Positions 1-11,060 of a stretch of DNA of 64,000 nucleotides are shown here, one piece after another. Location: NCBI RefSeq assembly GCF_988243305.1, contig NZ_OZ547136.1. One strand, given 5' to 3'. The first letter of the stretch is position 1. Each line of letters begins with the position of its first letter. Below the pieces are notes generated by a model. The model was not told where the DNA came from. It searched no databases and was given only the letters and a program-made list of their open reading frames with translations. Both the position numbers and the translations under genes were made by a program.

Positions 1-352
1 CCTGACGCTGTGTCGCCCTAACCGCACCGGCGATATCATGACTATTGGCGGTAATCGGCTGGTGCTGTTTCTCTCATTCTGTCGGATTAACGATCTGGAT
101 ACCGCGTTGAATCATATTTTCCCATTGCCGACTGGCGACATTTTCTCAAACCGTATGGTCTGGTTTGAAGATGATCAAATCAGTGCCGAGCTGGTGCAGA
201 TGCGCCTGCTTGCCCCAGAACAATGGGGCATGCCGCTGCCTTTAACGCAAAATTCTAAACCGGTCATTAATGCCGAGCACGATGGTCGCCACTGGCGACG
301 AATACCAGAACCAATGCGACTGTTAGATGATGCTGTGGAGCGCTCATCATGA
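1..352 (+). CDS. bcsE: Cellulose biosynthesis protein BcsE, C-terminal part (gene starts upstream of window)
   Basis: Open frame from position 2 with no stop, ending at 352 and overlapping the bcsF start by 4 bp; assignment by synteny upstream of bcsF/bcsG, not by recognising the sequence itself. Confidence 0.7.
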
Positions 353-540
353 TGACCATCAGCGATATCATTGAAATTATTGTCGTTTGCGCACTGATAT
401 TTTTCCCGCTGGGCTATCTGGCGCGGCACTCTTTGCGACGCATTCGCGACACCTTACGTTTGTTCTTTGCTAAACCTCGTTATGTTAAACCGGCCGGGAC
501 GTTACGCCGCACGGAAAAAGCCAGGGCAACCAAAAAATGA
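349..540 (+). CDS. bcsF: Cellulose biosynthesis small membrane protein BcsF (63 aa)
   Basis: 63-aa [27 protein letters not shown]... with one hydrophobic helix; 4-bp overlaps with both neighbours. Confidence 0.85.
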
Positions 541-2216
541 CTCAATTTACGCAAAATACCGCCATGCCTTCTTCCCTCTGGCAATACTGGCGCGGCCTTT
601 CCGGCTGGAACTTCTATTTTCTGGTTAAGTTCGGCCTGTTGTGGGCGGGATATCTTAACTTCCATCCGCTCCTCAATCTGGTGTTTGCCGCGTTTCTGCT
701 GATGCCCATTCCGCGCTACAGCCTGCATCGCTTACGCCACTGGATTGCCCTGCCGATCGGCTTTGCTTTGTTCTGGCATGACACCTGGTTACCTGGCCCG
801 GAAAGCATAATGAGCCAGGGTTCGCAGGTGGCGGGGTTCAGTACCGATTATTTAATCGACCTTGTCACACGCTTTATTAACTGGCAGATGATTGGGGCCA
901 TTTTTGTTTTATTAGTGGCCTGGTTATTCCTGTCACAATGGATTCGCATTACCGTTTTTGTGGTTGCCATTCTGCTATGGCTGAACGTACTTACCCTGGC
1001 GGGACCAAGTTTCTCCTTGTGGCCAGCCGGTCAACCGACGACCACTGTAACAACGACGGGTGGTAACGCAGCGGCAACCGTTGCGGCGACGGGTGGCGCA
1101 CCGGTAGTGGGTGATATGCCCGCACAAACTGCACCGCCAACAACGGCGAACCTTAACGCCTGGCTGAATAATTTCTATAACGCGGAGGCGAAACGTAAAT
1201 CGACCTTCCCGTCTTCGCTGCCCGCTGATGCTCAGCCATTTGAACTACTGGTGATTAATATCTGTTCGCTTTCCTGGTCGGATATAGAAGCCGCCGGGTT
1301 GATGTCGCATCCGCTGTGGTCGCATTTCGATATTGAGTTCAAGAACTTTAACTCCGCCACCTCCTACAGTGGCCCGGCGGCGATCCGTTTACTGCGCGCC
1401 AGCTGCGGGCAGACTTCGCACACTAATCTGTATCAACCGGCAAATAATGACTGCTATCTGTTTGATAACCTGTCGAAACTGGGCTTTACCCAGCACCTGA
1501 TGATGGGACATAACGGCCAGTTCGGCGGTTTTTTGAAAGAAGTTCGCGAAAATGGCGGCATGCAGACCGAATTGATGGATCAAACAAATTTGCCGGTTAT
1601 TTTGCTGGGCTTTGATGGTTCGCCGGTTTATGACGATACCGCCGTGCTTAACCGCTGGCTGGACGTTACCGAAAAAGATAAAAACAGCCGTAGTGCCACG
1701 TTCTACAACACGCTTCCACTGCATGACGGCAACCATTATCCGGGCGTCAGCAAAACAGCGGATTACAAAGCGCGGGCGCAGAAATTCTTTGATGAACTGG
1801 ACGCCTTCTTTACTGAACTGGAGAAATCGGGTCGTAAAGTGATGGTGGTCGTGGTGCCGGAACACGGTGGCGCGCTGAAGGGCGACAGAATGCAGGTATC
1901 TGGCCTACGTGATATCCCTAGCCCGTCTATCACAGACGTCCCCGTTGGGGTGAAATTCTTCGGCATGAAGGCACCACATCAGGGGGCACCGATTGTCATC
2001 GACCAACCGAGCAGCTTCCTGGCTATCTCCGATCTGGTGGTTCGCGTTCTTGATGGCAAGATTTTCTCCGAAGACAATGTTGACTGGAAAAAACTCACCA
2101 GTGGGTTGCCACAAACAGCACCGGTCTCAGAGAACTCAAATGCAGTAGTTATTCAATACCAGGATAAACCGTACGTTCGCCTGAACGGCGGCGACTGGGT
2201 GCCTTACCCGCAATAA
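537..2216 (+). CDS. bcsG: Cellulose phosphoethanolamine transferase BcsG (559 aa)
   Basis: 559-aa ORF with N-terminal membrane helices, T/A/G/P-rich linker and C-terminal alkaline-phosphatase-like domain; length matches BcsG. Confidence 0.92.
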
Positions 2217-2302
2217 GAACGAAAAAGGCCGCAGAGTTTCACCCCTGCGGCCTGGTCCGGGCGCAAATTGCCATTACGGCAGCCTGACGCCCGCATGACA
2301 CG

Positions 2303-2410
2303 TTACTTCCGCTTATTCAGCGAGTTCACGATCAGACTGGCAAGAATGCCAGCAATGACCGGAGCCGCTAAATCATGCCAGAAGGCCATGCCCAGTTCTG
2401 CGAGCGTCAT
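2303..2410 (-). CDS. Ldr-family type I toxin, 35 aa (copy 1, Trp->Ser variant near C-terminus)
   Basis: MTLAELGMAFWHDLAAPVIAGILASLIVNSLNKRK; ATG at 2408-2410 on minus strand; matches LdrD-type peptide as remembered. Confidence 0.8.
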   Translation of the reverse strand: MTLAELGMAFWHDLAAPVIAGILASLIVNSLNKRK

Positions 2411-2457
2411 ATAGCCGCCTCTGTTGTAATGACAACGTTTCGCGGCTATTCTTGAGT

Positions 2458-2524
2458 TGTTTGGGTTCAAGATTAGCCCCCGTGATGTTGTCAGGTGCAT
2501 ACCTGCAATATGCGGGGGTTTTCT
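2458..2524 (+). ncRNA. Rdl-type antisense sRNA (copy 1), ends in GC hairpin plus U-run
   Basis: cccccg...cggggg stem followed by ttttctctc; lies antisense to the ldr 5' leader; exact 5' end not determinable from sequence. Confidence 0.45.
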
Positions 2525-2785
2525 CTCTCCAGCAACCAATGCCACTAGGGATTAAGCCCCCGCAACATTGCGCCTCACCGGAACCCTTCCGGCTTGCCGC
2601 TGATTCTACGGCCATTTTTGTTCGTCGAAATCCATCACTTCTTCACTCTGTGCTGCGCATTCCGCAGAATATTATCCGCTTGCAACCGTTGCATTTTTCT
2701 TACGAAAAAGGCCGCAGAGTTTTATCCCTGCGGCCTGATCCGGGCGCAAATTGCCATTACGGCAGCCTGACGCCCGTCTGACACG

Positions 2786-2893
2786 TTACTTCCGCTTGTT
2801 CAGCCAGTTCACGATCAGACTGGCAAGAATGCCAGCAATGACCGGAGCCGCTAAATCATGCCAGAAGGCCATGCCCAGCTCTGCGAGCGTCAT
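2786..2893 (-). CDS. Ldr-family type I toxin, 35 aa (copy 2)
   Basis: MTLAELGMAFWHDLAAPVIAGILASLIVNWLNKRK; ATG at 2891-2893 on minus strand. Confidence 0.85.
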   Translation of the reverse strand: MTLAELGMAFWHDLAAPVIAGILASLIVNWLNKRK

Positions 2894-2940
2894 ATAGCCG
2901 CCTGAGTTGTAATGACAACGTTTCGCGGCTATTCTTGTAT

Positions 2941-3007
2941 TGTTTGGATGCAAGAATGGCCCCCGTGGTGTTGTCAGGTGCATACCTGCAACGTGCGGGG
3001 GTTTTCT
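2941..3007 (+). ncRNA. Rdl-type antisense sRNA (copy 2)
   Basis: Same hairpin plus U-run terminator as copy 1, offset by one repeat period. Confidence 0.45.
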
Positions 3008-3268
3008 CTCTCCAGCAACCAATGCCACCAGGGATAAAGCCCCCGCAACATTGCGCCTCACCGGAACCTTTCCGGCTTGCCGCTGATTCTACGACTGTTT
3101 TTCTGCTCCGGAATCCGTCACTTCTTCACTCTGTGCTGTGCATTCCGCAGAATATTATCCGCTTGCAACCGTTGCATTTTTCTTACGAAAAAGGCCGCAG
3201 AGTTTTATCCCTGCGGCCTGATCCGGACGCAACTTGCCATTACGGCAGCCTGACGCCCGTCTGACACG

Positions 3269-3376
3269 TTACTTCCGCTTATTCAGCCAATTCACGATCA
3301 TGCTGGCAAGAATGCCAGCAATGACCGGAGCCGCTAAATCATGCCAGAAGGCCATGCCCAGTTCTGCGAGCGTCAT
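3269..3376 (-). CDS. ldrD: Ldr-family type I toxin, 35 aa (copy 3, closest to the K-12 LdrD sequence as I recall it)
   Basis: MTLAELGMAFWHDLAAPVIAGILASMIVNWLNKRK; ATG at 3374-3376 on minus strand. Confidence 0.85.
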   Translation of the reverse strand: MTLAELGMAFWHDLAAPVIAGILASMIVNWLNKRK

Positions 3377-3425
3377 ATAGCCGCCTGTGTTGTAATGACA
3401 ACGTTTCGCGGCTATTCTTGAGTGG

Positions 3426-3492
3426 TCTAGGTTCAAGATTAGCCCCCGTGATGTTGTCAGGTGCATACCTGCAACGTGCGGGGGTTTTCTCT
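3426..3492 (+). ncRNA. Rdl-type antisense sRNA (copy 3)
   Basis: Hairpin cccccgtgatg...cgtgcggggg followed by ttttctctctcc. Confidence 0.45.
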
Positions 3493-3851
3493 CTCCAGCA
3501 ACCAATGCCACCAGGGATTAAGCCCCCGCAACATTGCGCCTCACCGGAACCTTTCCGGCTTGCCGCTGATTTTACGATTGCTTTTTACCGTCAGCACCCG
3601 GCAATCTTCCTCATTGCGCGATGCCTTCCAGCTTAATTTCTTTATTTGCAATAGTTGCAGTTCATATCCGAGCTGACTCCAGACTGGTAGTGAAATGCGC
3701 AATTTTGTAGAATTGCGCCTCCTCGCGACCTCCCCAGTGAATCTGTTGCCTCATTTTTTACATACTGCGTATTCGACTTCTCCACCTGTTGCGCAAGAGA
3801 AACTGGGTTTATTCATTTTTGCGAGGCCGACTTCTTTCTGGACAGGACTTT

Positions 3852-5123
3852 ATGCAGCACAACACACTACCGAAACACAATCAGAAATTGCCGTTTACAC
3901 GCTACGACTTCGGCTGGGTTTTATTATGCATAGGCATGGCGATTGGTGCCGGAACCGTGCTGATGCCAGTACAAATTGGCTTGAAGGGAATTTGGGTATT
4001 TATTACCGCAGCGATCATTGCTTATCCTGCCACCTGGGTAGTGCAGGACATTTATTTAAAAACCCTTTCTGAAAGCGATTCCTGTAATGACTACACCGAT
4101 ATTATCAGTCATTACCTGGGGAAGAACTGGGGAATTTTCCTCGGGGTTATCTACTTTTTGATGATTATCCACGGGATTTTTATCTACTCTCTCTCCGTGG
4201 TTTTCGACAGCGCCTCGTACCTGAAAACCTTCGGTTTAACCGATGCCGATCTTTCACAATCTCTACTTTATAAAGTCGCCATTTTCGCCGTACTGGTGGC
4301 AATTGCGTCTGGTGGTGAACGATTACTGTTTAAGATTTCCGGGCCAATGGTGGTGGTCAAAGTAGGGATTATCGTCGTGTTCGGTTTTGCGATGATCCCG
4401 CACTGGAATTTCGCCAATATAACCGCCTTCCCGCAAGCCTCCGTCTTTTTCCGCGATGTCCTGCTTACCATTCCCTTTTGCTTCTTTTCTGCGGTATTTA
4501 TTCAGGTACTTAACCCAATGAATATTGCCTATCGTAAACGGGAAGCGGATAAAGTACTGGCAACCCGGCTCGCGCTGCGTACCCACCGAATTAGTTATAT
4601 CACGCTCATTGCGGTGATCCTGTTTTTTGCCTTTTCGTTTACCTTCTCAATTAGCCACGAAGAAGCCGTTTCTGCCTTTGAACAAAATATCTCGGCACTG
4701 GCACTGGCCGCGCAGGTGATCCCTGGGCATATCATTCATATCACCTCTACGGTGCTGAATATCTTTGCCGTACTGACCGCATTCTTTGGCATTTATCTCG
4801 GTTTCCACGAGGCCATTAAAGGCATTATTCTCAATCTGTTAAGCCGAATTATTGATACCAAGAAAATTAACTCACGCATGCTGACTCTGGCGATCTGCGC
4901 TTTTATCGTCATTACGTTGACGATTTGGGTTTCGTTTCGTGTATCGGTGCTGGTGTTCTTTCAGTTGGGAAGCCCGTTATATGGCATTGTGTCGTGCCTC
5001 ATTCCGTTTTTCCTGATCTATAAAGTCGCACAACTGGAAAAACTTCGCGGGTTTAAAGCCTGGCTGATTCTGCTGTACGGCATTTTGTTATGCTTGTCGC
5101 CACTGTTGAAGCTGATTGAGTAA
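3852..5123 (+). CDS. yhjV: Inner-membrane amino-acid transporter family protein YhjV (423 aa)
   Basis: Multi-helix membrane protein starting [34 protein letters not shown]; start taken at the internal Met to match 423 aa. Confidence 0.88.
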   Translation: MQHNTLPKHNQKLPFTRYDFGWVLLCIGMAIGAGTVLMPVQIGLKGIWVFITAAIIAYPATWVVQDIYLKTLSESDSCNDYTDIISHYLGKNWGIFLGVIYFLMIIHGIFIYSLSVVFDSASYLKTFGLTDADLSQSLLYKVAIFAVLVAIASGGERLLFKISGPMVVVKVGIIVVFGFAMIPHWNFANITAFPQASVFFRDVLLTIPFCFFSAVFIQVLNPMNIAYRKREADKVLATRLALRTHRISYITLIAVILFFAFSFTFSISHEEAVSAFEQNISALALAAQVIPGHIIHITSTVLNIFAVLTAFFGIYLGFHEAIKGIILNLLSRIIDTKKINSRMLTLAICAFIVITLTIWVSFRVSVLVFFQLGSPLYGIVSCLIPFFLIYKVAQLEKLRGFKAWLILLYGILLCLSPLLKLIE

Positions 5124-5152
5124 ACCGGAGCGCATGGCCCCGGTTTTGTGAG

Positions 5153-6157
5153 TTACCGCTGCGGATTTTCATCCTGATCAACAGCAAAACAAGCTACCAG
5201 TTGACCGCCGTAGTCTTTTAGCTGCGGCTGCAACTGGGTGCAGGGGCCGAAGCGCCGACGACAGCGGGCGTTAAACGCGCAGCCCGGCGGTGGATTGAGC
5301 GGGCTTGGCAGTTCACCGGTGAGCTTGATGCGCTCGCGGCGATCGTCCGGGTTCAGGCGCGGCGTCGCGGAGAGTAGCGCCTGAGTGTACGGATGACGCG
5401 GATTATTGAAGATTTGGTCCTTCGTTCCCTTCTCCACGCAGCGGCCCAGGTACATCACCATCACTTCATCGGCAATGTGCTCAACCACTGACAGGTCGTG
5501 CGAGATAAAGACATAAGACAGCCCCAACTCCTGCTGCAAATCCATCATCAGATTCAGCACCTGCGCACGCACTGAAACGTCCAGCGCAGAAACCGGTTCA
5601 TCGGCAATCACCACATCCGGGTCGAGCATCAGACCACGGGCAATGGCGATACGCTGACGCTGACCGCCGGAGAACATATGCGGATAGCGGTCGTAATGCT
5701 CGGTTTTCAGGCCGACTTTCGCCATCATCGACAGGGCTTTTTCCCGACGCTGTTCTTTGCTTAAGCTGGTATTAATAAGCAGCGGCTCTTCAAGAATTTG
5801 CCCAACTTTTTTACGCGGATTTAGCGAACCATAGGGATTCTGAAAGACGATCTGGATTTTCTGCCGACGCAACTTCTGCGCCTGCGGATCGTGCTTGAGC
5901 AGATCCTGCCCCTGGTAATACAGCTCACCACCGGTGGGCATTTCGATCATCGTCAGCAACCGACCGAGGGTCGATTTACCGCAGCCAGATTCACCTACTA
6001 CTGCCAGCGTTTTGCCACGTTCAAGGTTAAACGAAACGCCGTCCAGCGCCTTCACCAGACGTTCCGGCGCGAACATACCTTTCTTCACCGGATAATGTTT
6101 TTTCAGGTCGATAGCCTGCAACAGCGGTTGTTGCGAGGTGGCCTCATGCGTACTCAT
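5153..6157 (-). CDS. dppF: Dipeptide ABC transporter ATP-binding protein DppF
   Basis: 334 aa with Walker [13 protein letters not shown] signature SGGQRQR and oligopeptide C-terminal domain; 4-bp overlap with dppD. Confidence 0.95.
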
Positions 6158-7137
6158 AGTGTCGGCCTCCCGGCATCATCAAGTGGGTAATGGCATTTGG
6201 ACTGACGCCCGTCAGCGAGCATATTCAGCGCCGGTTCTTCAGCGCGACATCTGTCAGTGGCATAGGGGCAGCGCGGGTTAAGCAGGCAGCCGTTCGGGCG
6301 GTCATACTTGCCGGGAACAACACCTGGCAACGACGCCAGACGTTCTTTGTCCTGAGCAAATTCCGGCAGCGCACGCAGCAATGCCTGAGTATATGGATGA
6401 CGCGGCGCATGGAAGATGGCGTGGGCATCGCCCGTTTCCACCACCTGGCCTGCATACATCACGATGATTTTATGTGCCGCTTCCGCCACCAGCGCCAGGT
6501 CATGGGTAATTAACACCAGCGCCATGTTCTCTTTCTGCTGTAGCTCCAGCAGTAGTTCAATGATTTGCGCCTGAATGGTCACGTCCAGCGCGGTGGTCGG
6601 CTCATCGGCAATCAGCAGCTTTGGCCGACAGGCAATCGCCATGGCGATCATCACGCGCTGGCTCATGCCGCCGGAAAGCTGATGCGGGTAAACATCCAGA
6701 CGCGAAGCCGGATCGGGAATACCGACCTGATTCAGCAGGTCAATCGCCCGCTGACGGCGGGTACTTTTGTTGCCGCCCTGATGCACCTTAATCGCTTCCA
6801 TAATCTGGAAACCCACGGTGTAGCACGGGTTAAGGCTGGTCATCGGGTCCTGGAAGATCATCGCCACTTCGGCACCCACCAGGTTGCGGCGCTCTTTTTC
6901 TGAGATACGCTGTAAATCCTGACCGTTAAACTCCAGCTTTTCCGCCATTACGCGGCCCGGATAATCAATCAGCCCCATAATCGCCAGCGAACTGACCGAT
7001 TTACCAGAGCCGGACTCACCCACAATCCCGACCACTTCGCCCTGTTTTACGCTGTAGCTGATGCGGTCTACGGCGCGGAACGGTGCGCTTTCGTCGCCGA
7101 AATGCACCGATAATTTATCTACATTTAATAACGCCAT
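6154..7137 (-). CDS. dppD: Dipeptide ABC transporter ATP-binding protein DppD
   Basis: 327 aa with Walker A GESGSGKS and signature LSGGMSQR. Confidence 0.95.
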
Positions 7138-7147
7138 CTCGAACCTC

Positions 7148-8050
7148 TTACTGCTTCAGTTTGGGATCGAGCGCGTCACGCAGACCGTCACCCATCAGGT
7201 TAAATGCCAGCACCGTCAGCAGGATCGCCAGACCCGGGAAGGTCACGACCCACCAGGCGCTTTGCGCGAACTGCAACACGTCGGAGAGCATGGTGCCCCA
7301 CTCCGGCGTTGGCGGCTGCGCCCCCATGCCGAGGAAACCAAGAGCAGCCATATCGAGAATGGCGTTAGAGAAACCGAGCGACGCCTGAACAATCAGAGGC
7401 GCAAGGCAGTTCGGGAAGATGTTAATAAACATCTGACGCATCGCCCCGGCACCTGCCACGCGAGACGCGGTAACGTAATCGCGATTCACCTCCACCAGCA
7501 CGGCGGCGCGGGTTAAGCGCACATAGTGCGGCAAGGCAACGAAGGTCAATGCCAGCGCGGCGTTACCAATCGACGGGCCGAAAATTGCCACCAGCACCAG
7601 TGCCAACAGCAAACTTGGCAGCGCCAGCATGATATCGACCACGCGCATGATGATGTTATCGACCAGGCCTCCGAAGTAACCGGCGATCAGGCCGAGAATA
7701 ACGCCCATAATCAGCGATAACACAACTACCAGACAGCCAACCAGCAGTGACAATCGCGCACCGTACATCAGACGCGACAGCACATCACGGCCTACGTCAT
7801 CGGTGCCCAGCAAGTGCGCCATGCTGCCGCCTTCCTGCCAGGCTGGCGGGGCGAGCAGTGCATCGCGGAACTGTTCCGCCGGGTTATAGGGTGCAATCCA
7901 GTTGGCAAAGATCGCGATAAACAGCACGATGACGACGTAAACCAGCCCGACGACCGCGCCTTTGTTGCGTTTAAAATAGTGCCAGAACTCCTGTAACGGG
8001 GTCATCGGCACCGGTGCGCTAATCACTTTATTTTCAGTAACCTGTGACAT
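7148..8050 (-). CDS. dppC: Dipeptide ABC transporter permease DppC
   Basis: 300-aa integral membrane permease in operon position. Confidence 0.95.
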
Positions 8051-8059
8051 GATGTCCCC

Positions 8060-9079
8060 TTACTTCTTATGACGAATACGCGGGTTCACCACGCCGTACA
8101 GCAGATCGACCAGCAAGTTGACGAGGATAATCATCGTCGCCACCAGCAATACGCCGCCCTGCACTACCGGATAGTCGCGGCGTTGCAGTGCGTCAATCAA
8201 CCAGCGCCCCAGACCGGGCCACGAGAAGATGGTTTCGGTCAGAATCGCCCCCGCCAGCAATGTTCCCACCTGGAGGCCGATAACGGTCACTACCGGCAGC
8301 ATCGCGTTACGCAGCGCATGGACGATAATCACCCGCATGCGGGTCAACCCTTTGGCGCGCGCGGTGCGGATATAATCTTCACCCAGCACTTCCAGCATCG
8401 AGGAGCGTGTCATACGCACAATGACCGCCAGCGGGATAGTACCCAGCACAATGGCGGGCAAGATCATATGGGCGACGGCATCGATAAAGTTACCGTCTTC
8501 ACCCCAGATGGCGGTGTCGATCAGCATAAAACCGGTTAACGGATTGGAATCATCGAGGAACACCATGTCGCTCACGCGACCGGAGACGGGCGTCAGGTTC
8601 CAGTGCACCGAAACCAGCATGATCAGCATCATGCCCCACCAGAAGATAGGCATTGAATAACCTGTCAGCGCCAGGCCAACCGCCGTGTGATCGAAAATGG
8701 AACCGCGTTTAACCGCAGCCAGCACACCAACCGGAATGCCGACCGCCGTCGCAAAAATCATCGCGCAGACACCAAGCTCCAGCGTGGCCTGAAAGCGCGG
8801 CACGAACTCTTCCCAAACCGGGATGCGGCTTTTCATTGAAATGCCTAGATCGCCATGCATAACGCCCCAAATGTAATGGAGATACTGCTGCCACATCGGT
8901 TTATCTAAGCCGAGTTCAGCCAGCAGCTGCGCGTGACGCTCTGGGGAGATCCCACGCTCGCCCGCCATGATCATCACCGGATCGCCCGGGATCATGTGGA
9001 CAAAGGCAAATGTGAGAAGGGTAATACCGATAAACGTGGGGATGACGAGTCCCAAACGTCGGAGAATAAACTGCAACAT
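8060..9079 (-). CDS. dppB: Dipeptide ABC transporter permease DppB (339 aa)
   Basis: Start placed at MLQFILRRLGLVIPTFIGITLL to give 339 aa; the ORF track's 42-codon upstream extension rejected. Confidence 0.9.
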   Translation of the reverse strand: MLQFILRRLGLVIPTFIGITLLTFAFVHMIPGDPVMIMAGERGISPERHAQLLAELGLDKPMWQQYLHYIWGVMHGDLGISMKSRIPVWEEFVPRFQATLELGVCAMIFATAVGIPVGVLAAVKRGSIFDHTAVGLALTGYSMPIFWWGMMLIMLVSVHWNLTPVSGRVSDMVFLDDSNPLTGFMLIDTAIWGEDGNFIDAVAHMILPAIVLGTIPLAVIVRMTRSSMLEVLGEDYIRTARAKGLTRMRVIIVHALRNAMLPVVTVIGLQVGTLLAGAILTETIFSWPGLGRWLIDALQRRDYPVVQGGVLLVATMIILVNLLVDLLYGVVNPRIRHKK

Positions 9080-9229
9080 AACCCGGATTCTCTGTAGTGA
9101 CCCGCAGCCTGGAACTGCGTGTCTGTATTGCTCACAAATCAATTCCCGCCCAGGTCGGGCAGGGAATGAAGTATTGCTGCCGGATGGCGCTGCACGCAGA
9201 GGCACAGCGCCACCGGGTATGGCTTTTAA

Positions 9230-10837
9230 TTATTCGATAGAGACGTTTTCGAAGTGATGTTTGCCTAATGGATCAACCACATAGCCTTTAACTTCTTTGC
9301 GTACCGGTTCAAACACGGTGGAGTGAGCGATGATCAGTGCCGGAGCCTGATCGTGCATCACCACCTGCGCTTGCTTGTACAGTTCAACGCGTTTGTTATG
9401 GTCGTCGGTAGCACGCGCCGGTTGAATCAGATCTTCAAACGGTTTGTAGCACCATTTTGAGTAGTTGGAGCCTTGTTCAGAGGCGGCGCAGCTGAACAGG
9501 GTGGCGAAGAAGTTATCCGGATCCCCGTTGTCGCCAGTCCAGCCCATCATTACCGTCTGATGCTCGCCATCTTTCGCACGCTTGAGATACTCACCCCATT
9601 CGTAGGTGACAATTTTGGCCTGCACGCCCACTTTCGCCCAGTCTGCCTGAATCATCTCTGCCATGCGGCGAGCATTCGGGTTATACGGACGTTGTACCGG
9701 CATTGCCCACAGGTCGATGGAGAAGCCTTTTTCCAGGCCCGCTTCTTTCAGCAAGGCTTTCGCTTTTTCGGGATCGTAGGTGTAGTCCTGAACGTCGTCG
9801 TTATAGCCCCACATGGTTGGCGGGATCAGGTTTTTCGCTGCCACGCCCGCGCCCTGATAAACCGCTTTGATGATCGCGTCTTTGTTCACCGCGTAGGTCA
9901 GAGCCTGGCGAACTTTCACATCATCGAGTGGTTTTTTCTGCACGTTATATGAAAGATAGCCGACGTTCAGCCCCGGCATTTCCATCAGGTTGATGGATTT
10001 ATCCTGCTTCATGCGAGCGATGTCTGCCGGGTTCGGGTACGGCATCACCTGGCATTCATTCTTCTGCAATTTCGCGTAACGCACGGAAGCATCAGGGGTA
10101 ATAGAGAAAACCAGCGTATCGATCTGCGGTTTGGTGCCCCAGTAGCCATCAAACGCTTTGTAGCGGATACGGGAATCTTTTTGGTACTGCTGTAACTGGA
10201 ACGGACCGGTGCCGATTGGGTTGAGGTCCAGTTTTTCCGGTGTACCGGCTTTCATCATCGCGTCAGCATATTCTTTTGACAGAATAGAGGCGAAGTCCAT
10301 TGCCAGATCCGCGAGGAACGGCGCTTCCGGGCGAGTCAGCACGAACTGAACGGTGTTATCGTCCACCTTTTTCACTTCGCTGATCAGCTCCGGCAAGCCC
10401 ATGCCTTCGAAGTATTCGTAGCTGCCGCCAGAGACTTTATGGTACGGGTTTTGCGCGTTTTTCTGACGATCGAACGAGAACACCACGTCATCGGCGTTCA
10501 GTTCGCGCGTCGGTTTGAATTCTTTGTTGTCGTGCCACTTCACACCTTTACGCAGATGGAAGGTATAGGTTTTTCCGTCTTCGCTGACTTCCCACTTTTC
10601 AGCGAGGCCCGGGATTACTTCGGTGGTGCCGATTTTAAATTCAACCAGGCGGTTATAAAGCGGCACGGAAGAGGCGTCATAGGTGGTACCGGAGGTAAAC
10701 AGCTGCGGGTTAAACCCTTCCGGAGATCCTTCTGAGCAATAAACCAGAGTTTTAGCCTGAACACTTGCTGCGACGGTCATAGCCACCAGGCTGAGACCAA
10801 GCTTCAGCATCCCTGACTTTTTCAAGGAAATACGCAT
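9230..10837 (-). CDS. dppA: Periplasmic dipeptide-binding protein DppA (535 aa, signal peptide)
   Basis: MRISLKKSGMLKLGLSLVAMTVAASVQA signal peptide followed by family-5 solute-binding domain. Confidence 0.95.
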   Translation of the reverse strand: MRISLKKSGMLKLGLSLVAMTVAASVQAKTLVYCSEGSPEGFNPQLFTSGTTYDASSVPLYNRLVEFKIGTTEVIPGLAEKWEVSEDGKTYTFHLRKGVKWHDNKEFKPTRELNADDVVFSFDRQKNAQNPYHKVSGGSYEYFEGMGLPELISEVKKVDDNTVQFVLTRPEAPFLADLAMDFASILSKEYADAMMKAGTPEKLDLNPIGTGPFQLQQYQKDSRIRYKAFDGYWGTKPQIDTLVFSITPDASVRYAKLQKNECQVMPYPNPADIARMKQDKSINLMEMPGLNVGYLSYNVQKKPLDDVKVRQALTYAVNKDAIIKAVYQGAGVAAKNLIPPTMWGYNDDVQDYTYDPEKAKALLKEAGLEKGFSIDLWAMPVQRPYNPNARRMAEMIQADWAKVGVQAKIVTYEWGEYLKRAKDGEHQTVMMGWTGDNGDPDNFFATLFSCAASEQGSNYSKWCYKPFEDLIQPARATDDHNKRVELYKQAQVVMHDQAPALIIAHSTVFEPVRKEVKGYVVDPLGKHHFENVSIE

Positions 10838-11060
10838 TATTCTGCTCCAATTGTGATGTTTGTTGTTTTAACCCTTTGCAGTGGGTTGTCGCTGCCTGAC
10901 CTTTTTTGTTTTTTGCCCGGTCGGGTCAACGTTATGAGGTGGGGATGCCGTACTAATTAACATCAGTGTAACAGTGCGGATCCTCCATAAAATGCCCCTC
11001 GTGACCTACAATCTGTCAACAGAATGTGAAAACGTCAATACAGCCAACCGGGATTTACAC
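10838..11060 (-). promoter_or_regulatory. dppA leader and promoter region (long 5' UTR, known GcvB sRNA target in E. coli)
   Basis: Position upstream of dppA plus established knowledge; transcription start not pinned from sequence. Confidence 0.4.

Larger units (their letters stand above)
2217..3577. repeat. Three tandem direct repeats (period about 483 bp) each carrying one ldr toxin gene and one Rdl antisense RNA; third copy diverges at its right end
   Basis: Unit beginning gaaaaaggccgcagagtt recurs at 2220, 2704 and 3187 with near-identical sequence; each copy yields a near-identical minus-strand ORF. Confidence 0.9.

Noticed and set aside
2217-3577. Possible CRISPR array suggested by regular repeats
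   Set aside because: Repeat period is about 483 bp with protein and sRNA content, not 28-37 bp repeats with unique spacers; no cas genes nearby.
2452-3636. Repeated plus-strand ORFs (109, 109 and 72 aa) inside each ldr/rdl repeat unit
   Set aside because: They span the Rdl RNA and the antisense of the ldr leader; repetition reflects the DNA repeat, not selection on a protein; no RBS.
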